From assembly GCA_963665665.1 (NCBI GenBank), contig OY762428.1, positions 4,320,001-4,384,000 on the forward strand: DNA of 64,000 nt, in the 5' to 3' direction. The first letter of the stretch is position 1. Each line of letters opens with the position of its first letter. The notes under the pieces were generated by a model. That model searched no databases. It had not been told where the DNA came from and worked only from the letters and a program-made list of their open reading frames with translations. The position numbers and the translations under genes were made by a program. This stretch comes from Candidatus Kapaibacterium sp. (GTDB taxonomy: Bacteria > Bacteroidota > Ignavibacteria > Kapaibacteriales > UBA2268). This document shows positions 1-9,745 of this stretch, piece by piece.

Positions 1-1700
1 ATTGCCCCTCCGTTGTCATTAGGAGTCCCGCCGTTGCTATTAGCCGCCGTTATAGTGAAGCCATTAATCTCCGTAATGGAATTTATCTGGTAAAAATAAA
101 CTACATGATAGGCGTTATCGGAAGCATTTCCGGAAGTTCCTATATCGCCGCTAAGAATAGTTTCGTTGGCTTCTCCTTCTCCAAAACCCGCTCTTTCTGA
201 AACGGCGGATTCAGTTCCAGCAAACCCGCCGTATACTTTAACGCCGGAAGGAATTCTGAAGCTTTCTTCCCTGGAATCAGTTGAAGTAGTTCCATTTGCT
301 ACGTTCCAACCTTGAGAAGGGTAATAAGTTCCCGCGGCTACCCAAATTTCGTCGCTGTCGGCGGCAATACCCAAGGCGGAATTTAAATTTGTCAAGGCGT
401 CGGTCCATGAAGAGCCGTCGTTCGCTCCGGAAGCCGAAGCATCGACATATATTGTTCCTCTGGATACGCCGGATTCATAAGCGCCAATGTCGGGATTACC
501 CGTACGGACGTTTCCTTCTATATCGTCAGAAGGAGCGCCGGTAGCAGTTCCGGCATTTACGCAAGGGGACCAGTTCAGAATTCTGAAATTGCCCGCAGTC
601 GAAGGGGCGTTCGCCGGATTCAGAGAATAAGCAAAATTCGGATCCGAATCAATATTATTAGTATAAGTTATCGTATTTCCGCCGTCGTCACCAAAAGCCG
701 CCTGACCGCCCTGAATATCGCAGTAAGAAAAATTTGGGGCGGCATCTCTACAGAATACCTGGTTTCCGGAAATACTCGCGCTATTTTTCCATAAAATACA
801 GTTTGAAATATTTGGTGAGCAGGAAGAATGGAAATACAATCCGCCTCCCCATCGGGCTTTGTTGCCGCTTATAGTGCAATTTTTTAATGTCGGCGAACAA
901 GAGGTATAAAAACGAATTCCGCCCTCGTTGTTACCGCTAATTACACAGTTGATTATCGTCGGATCGCACTGGTCATACATACTGATTCCGGTATTATTGT
1001 TTCCGTGGATAATACAATTTTTAATAATTGGATCGGAACGCCACCTAATATACATCCCGGCTGAGAAAGTACCCCTGTTGTCGGTAACGGCACAATTTAT
1101 AATAGTCGGAGAACTTGTGTAAAAGATATAGATACCGGCCCCGCTACGATCCGAACCGGAACCGTTAGCATTTCCCGATTCAATCGTAAATCCATCCAAA
1201 CGAGTATCGGAATTCGCTTGATAAAAATAGACAATATGATAAGCGTTATCGGAAGCGATACCGGGAGTTCCTAAATCTCCGCTGAGAATAGTTTCGTTGG
1301 CTTCGCCCGATCCGAAAGCCGTTCTTTCGCTAACGGCGCTTTCCGATCCGGCAAACCCGCCGTAAACTTTTACGCCGAAAGGTATTCTGAAGCTTTCTTT
1401 TCTGGCGGTCGTCGAAGTCGTTCCGTTGTCGACGTTCCAGCCTTGCGAAGGATAATAAGTTCCCGCGGCTACCCAAATTTCGTCGCCGGAAACTGCGACA
1501 GAGAGTGCGTCCTGGAGATCAAGATAAGCGTTAGCCCAGGAAAAACCGTTATCGTCGCCCGAAGTCGCGTCCGAGTCGACGTATCTAATCGTTCCGAGCA
1601 AGTCGCCGATATTGAAAATGAAGAAAAATAAGCAAAGAGAAATGATAATGCGAAAACCTTGCGATAGCTCGCTGCAAAAGTAAGCAAATAAATTCTTCAT
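1..1700 (-). CDS. Large secreted right-handed beta-helix (pectin-lyase-like / choice-of-anchor-Q-like) repeat protein, runs off the window
   Basis: Read by hand from ATG at 1700: MKNLFAYF...IIISLCLFFFIFNIG (signal-like), then YVDSDATSGDDNGFSWANAYLDLQDAL...EIWVAAGTYYP...GVKVYGGFAG...ETILSGDLG. A second copy of the module starts near 460. Missing from the ORF track, presumably because its stop lies beyond the window edge. Confidence 0.85.
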   Translation of the reverse strand, partial: MKNLFAYFCSELSQGFRIIISLCLFFFIFNIGDLLGTIRYVDSDATSGDDNGFSWANAYLDLQDALSVAVSGDEIWVAAGTYYPSQGWNVDNGTTSTTARKESFRIPFGVKVYGGFAGSESAVSERTAFGSGEANETILSGDLGTPGIASDNAYHIVYFYQANSDTRLDGFTIESGNANGSGSDRSGAGIYIFYTSSPTIINCAVTDNRGTFSAGMYIRWRSDPIIKNCIIHGNNNTGISMYDQCDPTIINCVISGNNEGGIRFYTSCSPTLKNCTISGNKARWGGGLYFHSSCSPNISNCILWKNSASISGNQVFCRDAAPNFSYCDIQGGQAAFGDDGGNTITYTNNIDSDPNFAYSLNPANAPSTAGNFRILNWSPCVNAGTATGAPSDDIEGNVRTGNPDIGAYESGVSRGTIYVDASASGANDGSSWTDALTNLNSALGIAADSDEIWVAAGTYYPSQGWNVANGTTSTDSREESFRIPSGVKVYGGFAGTESAVSERAGFGEGEANETILSGDIGTSGNASDNAYHVVYFYQINSITEINGFTITAANSNGGTPNDNGGA

Positions 1701-1823
1701 GGCGGTCATTTGATATGTTTCGAAATAATTTTTCTTTTGAAATTAATAATATATTTAAATTACTTATTTTTTTGTTATATATAAAGTAATTTTTATATAA
1801 ATTAATTAATAATTATACTATAA

Positions 1824-3136
1824 CCTAAATTTCTAAAGTAACTTAAAAATTACAAAAAATAGGAATACAATTACTGATTCCTCATGCCAGGATTTTTTAT
1901 CTGTCAGTATTCTCATCCAAAGACTGATATTGTATGCCAACACGCTTGTCTGCCAGTACATTTCGTTCTGGAAAAATTTCTTACCCAGTATGTCGCCGGC
2001 AAACATCTGATTCTTAACATTTTCAATCCAGTTCTCACTCTCGCCTCTGTCCCCATAAAGGCGATGTATAGCCAGGGGGCTGTCTTCAAGGTCAGAACAA
2101 TAGCAAAAGTAATCCCATTTCTTGTTTTCGAACAGAACTCCTTCTTTTTCAACGCTTTTCAGTATCCTTACCCCATAAAAGCGTCTGGCTTTTCTCCAGG
2201 AATTAGGTTTATAATAGAAATCGCAGATTTCCGTGCCGGGCATATACGGCACCTTCTGCCAGTCTTGCGGAGACAATACTTCGATCATATTTTTCAACTT
2301 AACTTTTATCAGGTAATTAACGCCTTTCTGCTCTGCACGGCCAATAAGCTTCTCGCTGAAAAATCCGCTGTCAGCCCTGAGAAGCAGATTCCGGATATCG
2401 GGGTGAATCATTTCCATAAGCTGGCTGAAGAATTCATCTGCTCCGTTGGCTGTATATGTGTTTCCGGGACGAAGCCAGCTCAACAGACATTCGCGCGTAC
2501 TGTTCAGGAAGGCCAACAACGGGTGATAACTCCTGGCTCCTTTTTTCTTTTCATTGAAACCCTTCTTAGCTCCCTCCTGATTGCCATAAACAGTCCGGAC
2601 AGATGAATCAAGGTCAATTATATCGCGCCGGGTCTCTAACTTTTCGTGAACCATACGGGAAAATTTTCCTATCAGGTTCATGTAGCTTGTCACCGAGCGC
2701 ATATTAGCCCGCCCCAGACGGTCGGCAAGAGTTGAATCGCTTACCTTGCCCGGCAGCCCCAGAATGCTTTGAACCAAAGGATCCAACGAGAACATTTCTA
2801 TCTTGGTAAGGCGGTTCATACCACTCTGGATGCCAAGAATCATTAGCGACAGCAAATCACCCGTTTGATAAGTAATATTGTGATGCAGACCTAAGTCAAT
2901 ATTATTTAAACCCTTAACCACACCGAGCTTCTTCATAAAATTGAATATGGTTGATATCCCTGAGAAATTTGTCAGTTCCCTGGCAGTAAATTCTTTTTTT
3001 GCTATGTTTTTTGCTGTATTTTTCTTATCTTTTTTCATCGGAAAGGTGTCGTTTGTTTTTTGTTAAAATGTTTTCTAACTAATTACAATATAATAAATTA
3101 CAACCACTTTTCCGGTCTTTATTTTAGATATTTAGG
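1824..3136 (-). mobile_element. IS1380-family (ISEcp1-like) insertion sequence, probably internally deleted
   Basis: 16-bp imperfect terminal inverted repeats CCTAAATTTCTAAAGT (1824-1839) and CCTAAATATCTAAAAT (reverse complement of 3121-3136) bracket the transposase. Flanks TATAA/TAGAA are at best a degenerate target duplication. Confidence 0.8.
1833..3038 (-). pseudogene. IS1380-family DDE transposase, C-terminally truncated
   Basis: Motifs IDLDSS, YGNQEGA, SYHPL, RADSGF and YGDRGESENWIE..K. After KKSWHEE the protein runs into an unrelated hydrophobic tail and stops inside the right IR. Confidence 0.75.
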
Positions 3137-3544
3137 TAGAATTAAAACAAGATGGAACACTTGATGCATTGAAACATGATATAAATAATCATCTTATCAT
3201 CTTCAACGATAAAAGTTATAAAATGTTCATAATAAGATAAGTATTAATGGAAGGAGAAATCAATTTATCTCAAATTAAAAATTCGAAAAATTAGAATTAA
3301 TATGAAACCACTGCAAATATTGCTGATACAACTGATTAGCACTTTCCCGACCTCTGCCCAGATCCCTACGAGCAGTTCAGCGCAAAGGGTGCTGTATTGC
3401 AGATAATTCAGCTTACATAAGATTGATTATCATACAAAATCCGGGGCGTTTTTTCCGGATTTTGTACGATTTATGAGCGCCGTTGACGCAAAAATGTCTT
3501 TACAGAGAGAATCTGAATAAATGCTATTTTGGATTAAAAAATCA

Positions 3545-3577
3545 AAAAACCCGCTACAGTTCTACTTGTAGCGGGTT
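3545..3577 (-). terminator. Intrinsic terminator downstream of tRNA-Lys
   Basis: Stem AACCCGCTACA/TGTAGCGGGTT followed by a T run on the minus strand. Confidence 0.7.
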
Positions 3578-3588
3578 AGTTCTTTTTG

Positions 3589-3662
3589 TGCTCTCTGAGG
3601 GGCTCGAACCCTCGACCCACGGATTAAGAGTCCGTTGCTCTGGCCAACTGAGCTAAGAGAGC
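3589..3662 (-). tRNA. tRNA-Lys (anticodon CTT), CCA not encoded
   Basis: Reverse complement GCTCTCT-TAGCTCAGTTGGCCAGAGCA-ACGGA-CT-CTT-AA-TCCGT-GGGTC-GAGGGTTCGAGCCCCTC-AGAGAGC-A folds as a cloverleaf. Confidence 0.97.
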
Positions 3663-3666
3663 GTTG

Positions 3667-3674
3667 CAAAATTA
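3667..3674 (-). promoter_or_regulatory. Bacteroidota-type -7 promoter box (TAnnTTTG) of tRNA-Lys
   Basis: TAATTTTG on the minus strand, 5 nt upstream of the tRNA 5' end. The same box lies upstream of ABC-F (5701-5708), recA (35219-35226), the LD-transpeptidase (47102-47109) and the HTH gene (62362-62369). Confidence 0.6.
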
Positions 3675-3715
3675 ATACATACGCTCCACATAGCCAAATT
3701 TTATTGTCATTTTTT

Positions 3716-5665
3716 TTATGGTTTTTGGGATTCCACTTCTTCCATCTCTATCGTAAGTTCTTCCCATTCAGTCATTTTTTGTTCCAGCCCGGATTTCAAA
3801 TCATTATATTCTTTTGTCATTTCATTCATCTTTTCAATATCCGAGGCTTCAGGCGATGCAAAGAAATCATCCATGCGGGAAATTTTTTCCTCAAATTCAG
3901 TTATATATTCCTCAACTTTGGAAATTTTCTTTTTAACCCTGTTCAAATCCCTTTGCCAGGCTTTCTGCAATTCCCTGTCGGCTTTTGCGCTTCCGGGGTT
4001 TGTATTGGCCTTGTTATCTGCGGTGTTTTTCTTTTTTTCTTCCAAGGTGTTAAGCTGTTCAATATCCAGTTTTCTAAGGAAATCTTCTATATCGCCATCG
4101 TACTCCCGAATTTGTTTGTTCTTAAACTCTACTGTTTTATTCGTAAGCCCCTGAAGGAAATCCCTGTCGTGCGACACAATAACGAGTGCGCCGTCATAAT
4201 TTTTCAATGCATCCTTCAAAACTTCCTTTGCCCTGATATCAAGGTGGTTTGTCGGTTCGTCAAGTACAAGCAGGTTGGATGGCTGAAGAAGTAGTTTGGC
4301 CAGTGCCAGCCTGGATTTCTCCCCACCCGACAGGACTTTTACTTTTTTATCCACATCCTCTCCGCTGAAGAGGAATGCTCCAAGCAGGCTGCGAACTTTA
4401 CTTCGCATATCGCCTGTTGCAATATCATCGATAGTCTGGAAAACAGTTTTGTCGCCGTACAGCATTTGTGCCTGGTGCTGGGCATAATAGGAAATCTCTA
4501 CATTATGGCCGGGGATCATATCCCCGTCATAAGGTTCTTCGCCTGCAATTATTTTTGAAAGAGTAGTTTTACCTTCGCCATTTTTACCGACAAAAGCTAT
4601 CTTCTCACTTCTTTCAACAACAAAATCAATATCTTTAAGTACAAGTTTATCGCCGTAACTTTTTGACAGCTTTTTCATTTCAACTGCTACTCGGCCTGAT
4701 CGCGGCGGCTCGGGAAAGCGGAAACGGATGGCGCTGTTATCTTCCTCTTCAAGCTCGATCCTGTCCAGTTTATCAAGTTGTTTTACCCTTGACTGTACCC
4801 TGGTGGCAAGTGTTGCCTTGTATCTGAATCTTTCAATAAACTTTTCGGTTTGTGCAATTTTCCTCTGCTGGTTCCTGTATGCCGCCTGCTGCTGCTGCCT
4901 CTGTTCCTCACGTGCTTCAAGGAATTTCGAGAAGGGCAGGTTCATGTCATAGGTTTTACCTGAAAATATTTCAATTGTCCTGTTTGTAATATTATCAAGG
5001 AATCTCTTATCGTGAGAAACAATCATAACAGAGCCGAAATAATTTTTCAGGAAGTTTTCCAGCCATCGTATTGATTCAATGTCCAGGTGGTTTGTCGGCT
5101 CATCAAGCATTATCAGGTCGGGGCTTTTTAGCAGTATTTTGGCAAGTTCAAGCCTCATCTGCCAGCCGCCGCTGAAAGTATTAACAGGTCGGTGCATATC
5201 CTCGTCCGAAAACCCAAGGCCCTTGAGAACTTTTTCTATCTTTGCCCTGGCGCTGCCTCCGCCGAGTATTTCGAACCTGTCATTCAGTTCGGATAATTTT
5301 TGTACTAACCTTGCATAATCATCAGATTCATAATCACTTCTTTCAGCTATCTGCGCGGAAATTTCGGGAATACTTTTCTCAATATATTTTAATTCCTCCA
5401 TAGCATGCGAGGCTTCTTCAAGTACAGATAGTTCAGACTCGACTTTCATATCCTGAGGCAGGTAACCAATAGTATAATCATTTGGTTTGGCAATATTCCC
5501 GCTTTCAGGAAACTCCAGGCCGCAAATAATTTTCAAAAGAGTTGATTTTCCTGCACCGTTACGGCCAATCAAACCAATCCTGTCATTTGGCCTTAAGGTA
5601 AAGCTTACACCGTCGAAAATATATTTGCCGCCAAAGTGTATAGAAACATTTGCTACATTAAGCAT
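3716..5665 (-). CDS. ABC-F family ATP-binding protein (ribosome-associated)
   Basis: Two ABC domains (GRNGAGKST, FSGGW, LDEPTNHLD; GKNGEGKTT, LSGGE), an inter-domain linker, a C-terminal coiled coil and no TM segments. Confidence 0.95.
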   Translation of the reverse strand: MLNVANVSIHFGGKYIFDGVSFTLRPNDRIGLIGRNGAGKSTLLKIICGLEFPESGNIAKPNDYTIGYLPQDMKVESELSVLEEASHAMEELKYIEKSIPEISAQIAERSDYESDDYARLVQKLSELNDRFEILGGGSARAKIEKVLKGLGFSDEDMHRPVNTFSGGWQMRLELAKILLKSPDLIMLDEPTNHLDIESIRWLENFLKNYFGSVMIVSHDKRFLDNITNRTIEIFSGKTYDMNLPFSKFLEAREEQRQQQQAAYRNQQRKIAQTEKFIERFRYKATLATRVQSRVKQLDKLDRIELEEEDNSAIRFRFPEPPRSGRVAVEMKKLSKSYGDKLVLKDIDFVVERSEKIAFVGKNGEGKTTLSKIIAGEEPYDGDMIPGHNVEISYYAQHQAQMLYGDKTVFQTIDDIATGDMRSKVRSLLGAFLFSGEDVDKKVKVLSGGEKSRLALAKLLLQPSNLLVLDEPTNHLDIRAKEVLKDALKNYDGALVIVSHDRDFLQGLTNKTVEFKNKQIREYDGDIEDFLRKLDIEQLNTLEEKKKNTADNKANTNPGSAKADRELQKAWQRDLNRVKKKISKVEEYITEFEEKISRMDDFFASPEASDIEKMNEMTKEYNDLKSGLEQKMTEWEELTIEMEEVESQKP

Positions 5666-6058
5666 TTATCGAATTTCAATATTGTTGTCAAAATCAGCTA
5701 CAAAGATAAGAAAAGATACAAGAATAATATTCATGATTAACGGTTTTATTTTATTGGTTCAGGAATTTCTTTCTGAAATTTAAACCGGAATATAATAGTT
5801 GTCTGCATATATATTTAATAATTGTTTTTTTACGGTATTATTCGAAAATTTTTGAATACTATTGCTAATTGCTTCAGTTTTTATTATATTATAACAGTTA
5901 GTATATGATACGAGTGATAACGTATTAGCGCGAACAAAAACCCAAAATCAAGGAAATAATCTATCATATCTGCTTTTCGGGTTGCAGAACTTCATGAATT
6001 AAGAAATTAAAAAACTTCTTTTAGGTGTTTGTTATATTAATATTCTTTGGAGTTTGCG

Positions 6059-7450
6059 ATGAAGATGCTTTGTACAATATTATTGACCCTTTTTGTTATT
6101 TCTATTACTTCTGAAAATGCTTATTCTGGTAATGCCAGGGATTTAATCCTGTCTGGAAATGCTGACGTTGTTGATTATTATATCAGCAAATCACTGAACT
6201 GGGGTGATTTTAAATACTCTTTTGAATATGGTGACAGAGGTAAATATACTTCATATACAGGAGAAAAAATTGAGGATGGGGAATTTGTTATTTGGGACAG
6301 GGGAACACTGAATTTTGACGATAACGGAAGGCTTATAAATGAGCTTTACGAATGGTATGAGGAAGGAATATGGTACAAATCTGATTTCGAAACTTTTGAA
6401 TATGACGACGATGGCAATATGACATTTTCACTTTATCAATACTGGGATAACGAAGAACTGAACAATGTTCACAGATATTATTATACTCATGACGACAAAG
6501 GAAATGTACTAACTGAACTTTATGAAGAATATTCTGTCGATGAATGGATAACTATGACAAAACGTACAAATACCTATGATGATAATTCAAATATGACAGA
6601 GCAAATTTATGAGAGAAACAGGAGCGGAGTTTTTGGAAACTATTTGCATTATTCATTTGAATATAATGATATAAACTTAAGAACAAATTTTAAACAGGAT
6701 ATTTGGAGAAACGAAGCATGGAGTGATTACCTGAAAGGTACATACTCCTATAATGACATGGGATTTCGTACTGAAATATTATATTTATACTTCAGCAACG
6801 GCGAGTGGGGGAATTATTCCCGTTATTCTTATGAATACGATGATAATGGAAACAAGATAAAAGATATGAATGAAAAATGGACTGACGGGGAATGGGTTCC
6901 AAATCTTAGATATGAATATGAGTACAATGAATTTAACAAAATGATATACTATGAAAAGCAGTCCTATGTTGAAGGAGAATGGATAAACGCTGAACGAGTT
7001 TTAACTACTTATGAAAACGGAAAAAATATGAAAAAAAGGACTTATGACGTATGGACTGCCGGAGCATGGATTCCCAAAGATACACAAATTGGTTATAATG
7101 ACGATTTTGACAATGATCTTATTGGGTACGGATACAGCATTGAATATTACTATAAGCAGGTGATGCCTGTTATGCCCGAACCTGATAACAAACTTAATAT
7201 TTCCTGTTACCCCAATCCTGCTTCTGATTTGATTAGTATCGAATTTACTACTGAAATTTCAGGCTATATTAACATCAGTATTATTTCAGAAACCGGGGAT
7301 GAGTTTTGTTCAATAGCAAAAAGTGAATTCAGAAACCAGGGAAGCCATGAGTTTGTTTTTGATACTATTCATCTTCCATGTGGTACTTACTTTGTTAAAG
7401 CAGAGATGGGCGGAAGAGATGCCGTTCAGAGGATTGTTGTGATAAGGTAA
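6059..7450 (+). CDS. Secreted Tyr/Trp-rich repeat protein with T9SS type A sorting domain
   Basis: Signal peptide; repeats of the form YEYDDNGN...W..GEW; C-terminal CYPNPASD...GTYFVK...QRIVVIR. ATG 6059 follows GGAG. Confidence 0.85.
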   Translation: MKMLCTILLTLFVISITSENAYSGNARDLILSGNADVVDYYISKSLNWGDFKYSFEYGDRGKYTSYTGEKIEDGEFVIWDRGTLNFDDNGRLINELYEWYEEGIWYKSDFETFEYDDDGNMTFSLYQYWDNEELNNVHRYYYTHDDKGNVLTELYEEYSVDEWITMTKRTNTYDDNSNMTEQIYERNRSGVFGNYLHYSFEYNDINLRTNFKQDIWRNEAWSDYLKGTYSYNDMGFRTEILYLYFSNGEWGNYSRYSYEYDDNGNKIKDMNEKWTDGEWVPNLRYEYEYNEFNKMIYYEKQSYVEGEWINAERVLTTYENGKNMKKRTYDVWTAGAWIPKDTQIGYNDDFDNDLIGYGYSIEYYYKQVMPVMPEPDNKLNISCYPNPASDLISIEFTTEISGYINISIISETGDEFCSIAKSEFRNQGSHEFVFDTIHLPCGTYFVKAEMGGRDAVQRIVVIR

Positions 7451-7563
7451 AAAACATCCCTGTATCCCCTACATAAAAAAGTAGGAGAAAAGAAATATAA
7501 AAATATCGTGACTATTATGCTGTTTTAAAAATTATTTCAAATTTTTGAAAAAAACTAAAAATA

Positions 7564-7657
7564 TCATTCTGAGCGGGTTTGCGAGCGAAGAACCCATTCT
7601 TAAGGAGGCTATAAAAAGGAATTGGATTCTTCAGTCGCTTCGCTCCTTCAGAATGAC
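7564..7657. repeat. REP/MITE-like palindromic element, copy A
   Basis: TCATTCTGAGCG...GCGAAGAAC...GGATTCTTC...CAGAATGAC; related copies at 33995 and 42445. Confidence 0.7.
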
Positions 7658-7724
7658 CGATAAAGTAGATTTTGAGAAAGTTCCATTTTGTCAAATTAAA
7701 AATAACATTACCAGGTAAAATATT

Positions 7725-9620
7725 ATGAAAAAATTGATTCTGTTGATACTAATTGTAATGTCTTTTCCACTTCTCGGGCAGTCTCCGGATTTGAACCAAA
7801 GATTATATTATACATGCAAAATATGGGGCTATGCGAAGTATTTTCATTCGGAAGTATCGAACTGCAATGTGAATTGGGACAGTGTGCTTGCTGCAAATCT
7901 TTATGCGATTGGGAATGCTGCCGATTATTCACAATTTAACGATGTTCTAATAAATATTCTAAATGCAGCCGGAGAAATGGAAATTGCCGAAACCGATCCG
8001 CCGGATGATATTCCTTCCAAACTAAGGATAAACCTTGTTCTTGACTGGTTTGACGATGGTATGATCAGGGATGATGTCCGGGGAATCCTTTATAATATAA
8101 AGGAAAATTTCCGCCCTCATGAAAATTGTTATGTAACATTTAACAACGGATCAGGATACGGGCTTTTGTATTTCCCCAAAGACGATCCGATAATTGATGA
8201 AAATCTCTATACAAATTATCCTGATGAAAACACACGCCTTGCTGTTCTTTTCAGATATTGGAATATTATGAATTATTTCAATCCCTACAGCGATATTCTC
8301 GATCAGCCATGGGATAGCTGTCTTGTTAGTTCTATCCCTGATTTTATCGGCGCAAATGAATATTCGCAATGGCAACTGGCAATTAAGAAACTTGCCGCCG
8401 GACTTAATGATGCTCATGTGGAAGGCCTTACATACAGCCGTGAAAAGTTTGTAACCAATGATGTTTATCGTCCCCATCTGATACTTGGGTTAGGAAAAAA
8501 AGACTACATTGTTATGAAATCAGATTATCCGGAAATTAGCAGGGGTGATGTTGTTCTTTCCGTAGATGGCAAAAGCATGAAAGAATGGGAGGATAGCCTT
8601 GGGGTTTATATATCGGCGGGTAGTCACGACATAAAAAGAAGATATATTGCACTTTATTCACTTCTTGGCGAAAGTAACGATGAGCTTGATATTGAATTCA
8701 TGGACGATAGCGGCAATAATAATAAAATTACGCTCGGAAAAAATTTCAGGTATGATTCCTGGTTTGCCGACTATTATATTAATCCTGAAATGAAATGGAA
8801 GAAATATCATAAATGGGATTGCAACGTAGGCTATGTGAACATGGGGGAGCTTGTTTCTGATGATGTTACGCTGATGTACAATTATTTGTTTGATACTAAG
8901 GCAATAATATTTGATATCCGAAATTACCCAAACGGAACCATTTATGATATTGGAAATATTATTTATAAAATAAGTACTCATTTTGTTACTTTTTCCAGGC
9001 CGGATGTTCAATATCCCGGAACACTTACAGAGATTGAAACAAGTATTGGTACTGCCAGCCCTGTCTATTATAAGGGAAAAGTAATCATTCTATGCAATGA
9101 AACCACCCAGAGCCATGCTGAATTTACATGTATGGGGCTTCAGGCAATGCCTGATGTTTATGTTATTGGCAGCCAGACGGCAGGTGCCGATGGAAATGTA
9201 ACAGCTTTCGATATAAGCAATGATTTTATGGCTGGTTTTACTTCGCTTGGCGTTTTCTATCCCGATGGCGGACAGACACAGAGAACAGGTATCCGTATAG
9301 ATTCAGTAATGTATCCGACGCCGGAAGGTATCAGGAATAATCGCGACGAATTGCTTGAGTATGCCCTGGAAGTTGCAGGATGCGACCCCAATAATGTGTT
9401 TGAAGAAGAATTTATATCTTCAATGGTATTTCCTAATCCGGCTGATGAATTCATAACATTGCCCGGAGTTGATGGTAATATATTTATTTCAGATATTACC
9501 GGAAGGGTATTAATAAAAACATATATTGATAATAATACCAGAATTCCTGTTTCAAAATTAGCTAAAGGATTATACTTTGTCTATTTTGCCGATGGAATGC
9601 AGTATTTTATTAAGGATTGA
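7725..9620 (+). CDS. S41 family peptidase with T9SS C-terminal domain
   Basis: Signal peptide, PDZ-like GDVVLSVDG, IFDIRNYP, TQSHAE, GSQTAGADG, C-terminal VFPNPA...GLYFV. Confidence 0.9.
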   Translation: MKKLILLILIVMSFPLLGQSPDLNQRLYYTCKIWGYAKYFHSEVSNCNVNWDSVLAANLYAIGNAADYSQFNDVLINILNAAGEMEIAETDPPDDIPSKLRINLVLDWFDDGMIRDDVRGILYNIKENFRPHENCYVTFNNGSGYGLLYFPKDDPIIDENLYTNYPDENTRLAVLFRYWNIMNYFNPYSDILDQPWDSCLVSSIPDFIGANEYSQWQLAIKKLAAGLNDAHVEGLTYSREKFVTNDVYRPHLILGLGKKDYIVMKSDYPEISRGDVVLSVDGKSMKEWEDSLGVYISAGSHDIKRRYIALYSLLGESNDELDIEFMDDSGNNNKITLGKNFRYDSWFADYYINPEMKWKKYHKWDCNVGYVNMGELVSDDVTLMYNYLFDTKAIIFDIRNYPNGTIYDIGNIIYKISTHFVTFSRPDVQYPGTLTEIETSIGTASPVYYKGKVIILCNETTQSHAEFTCMGLQAMPDVYVIGSQTAGADGNVTAFDISNDFMAGFTSLGVFYPDGGQTQRTGIRIDSVMYPTPEGIRNNRDELLEYALEVAGCDPNNVFEEEFISSMVFPNPADEFITLPGVDGNIFISDITGRVLIKTYIDNNTRIPVSKLAKGLYFVYFADGMQYFIKD

Positions 9621-9745
9621 TTTTCAGAAATTATTGCAATACAAGTATATTTCTTCAACCGCGATATTTGATAATAAAATTTCAAAATTAGCCCCGGGAA
9701 ATTTCTTAATTTTGAAATCGTATTTCTTGGCTATTTGAAAATATT

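Noticed and set aside
296-1687. Short ORFs listed in 296-1687
   Set aside because: Shadows of the long minus-strand gene starting at 1700.
3137-3240. Fragment ending ...KSYKMFIIR, like a T9SS CTD end, right after the IS
   Set aside because: Too short, and no matching 5' part on the other side of the IS; cannot support a pseudogene call.
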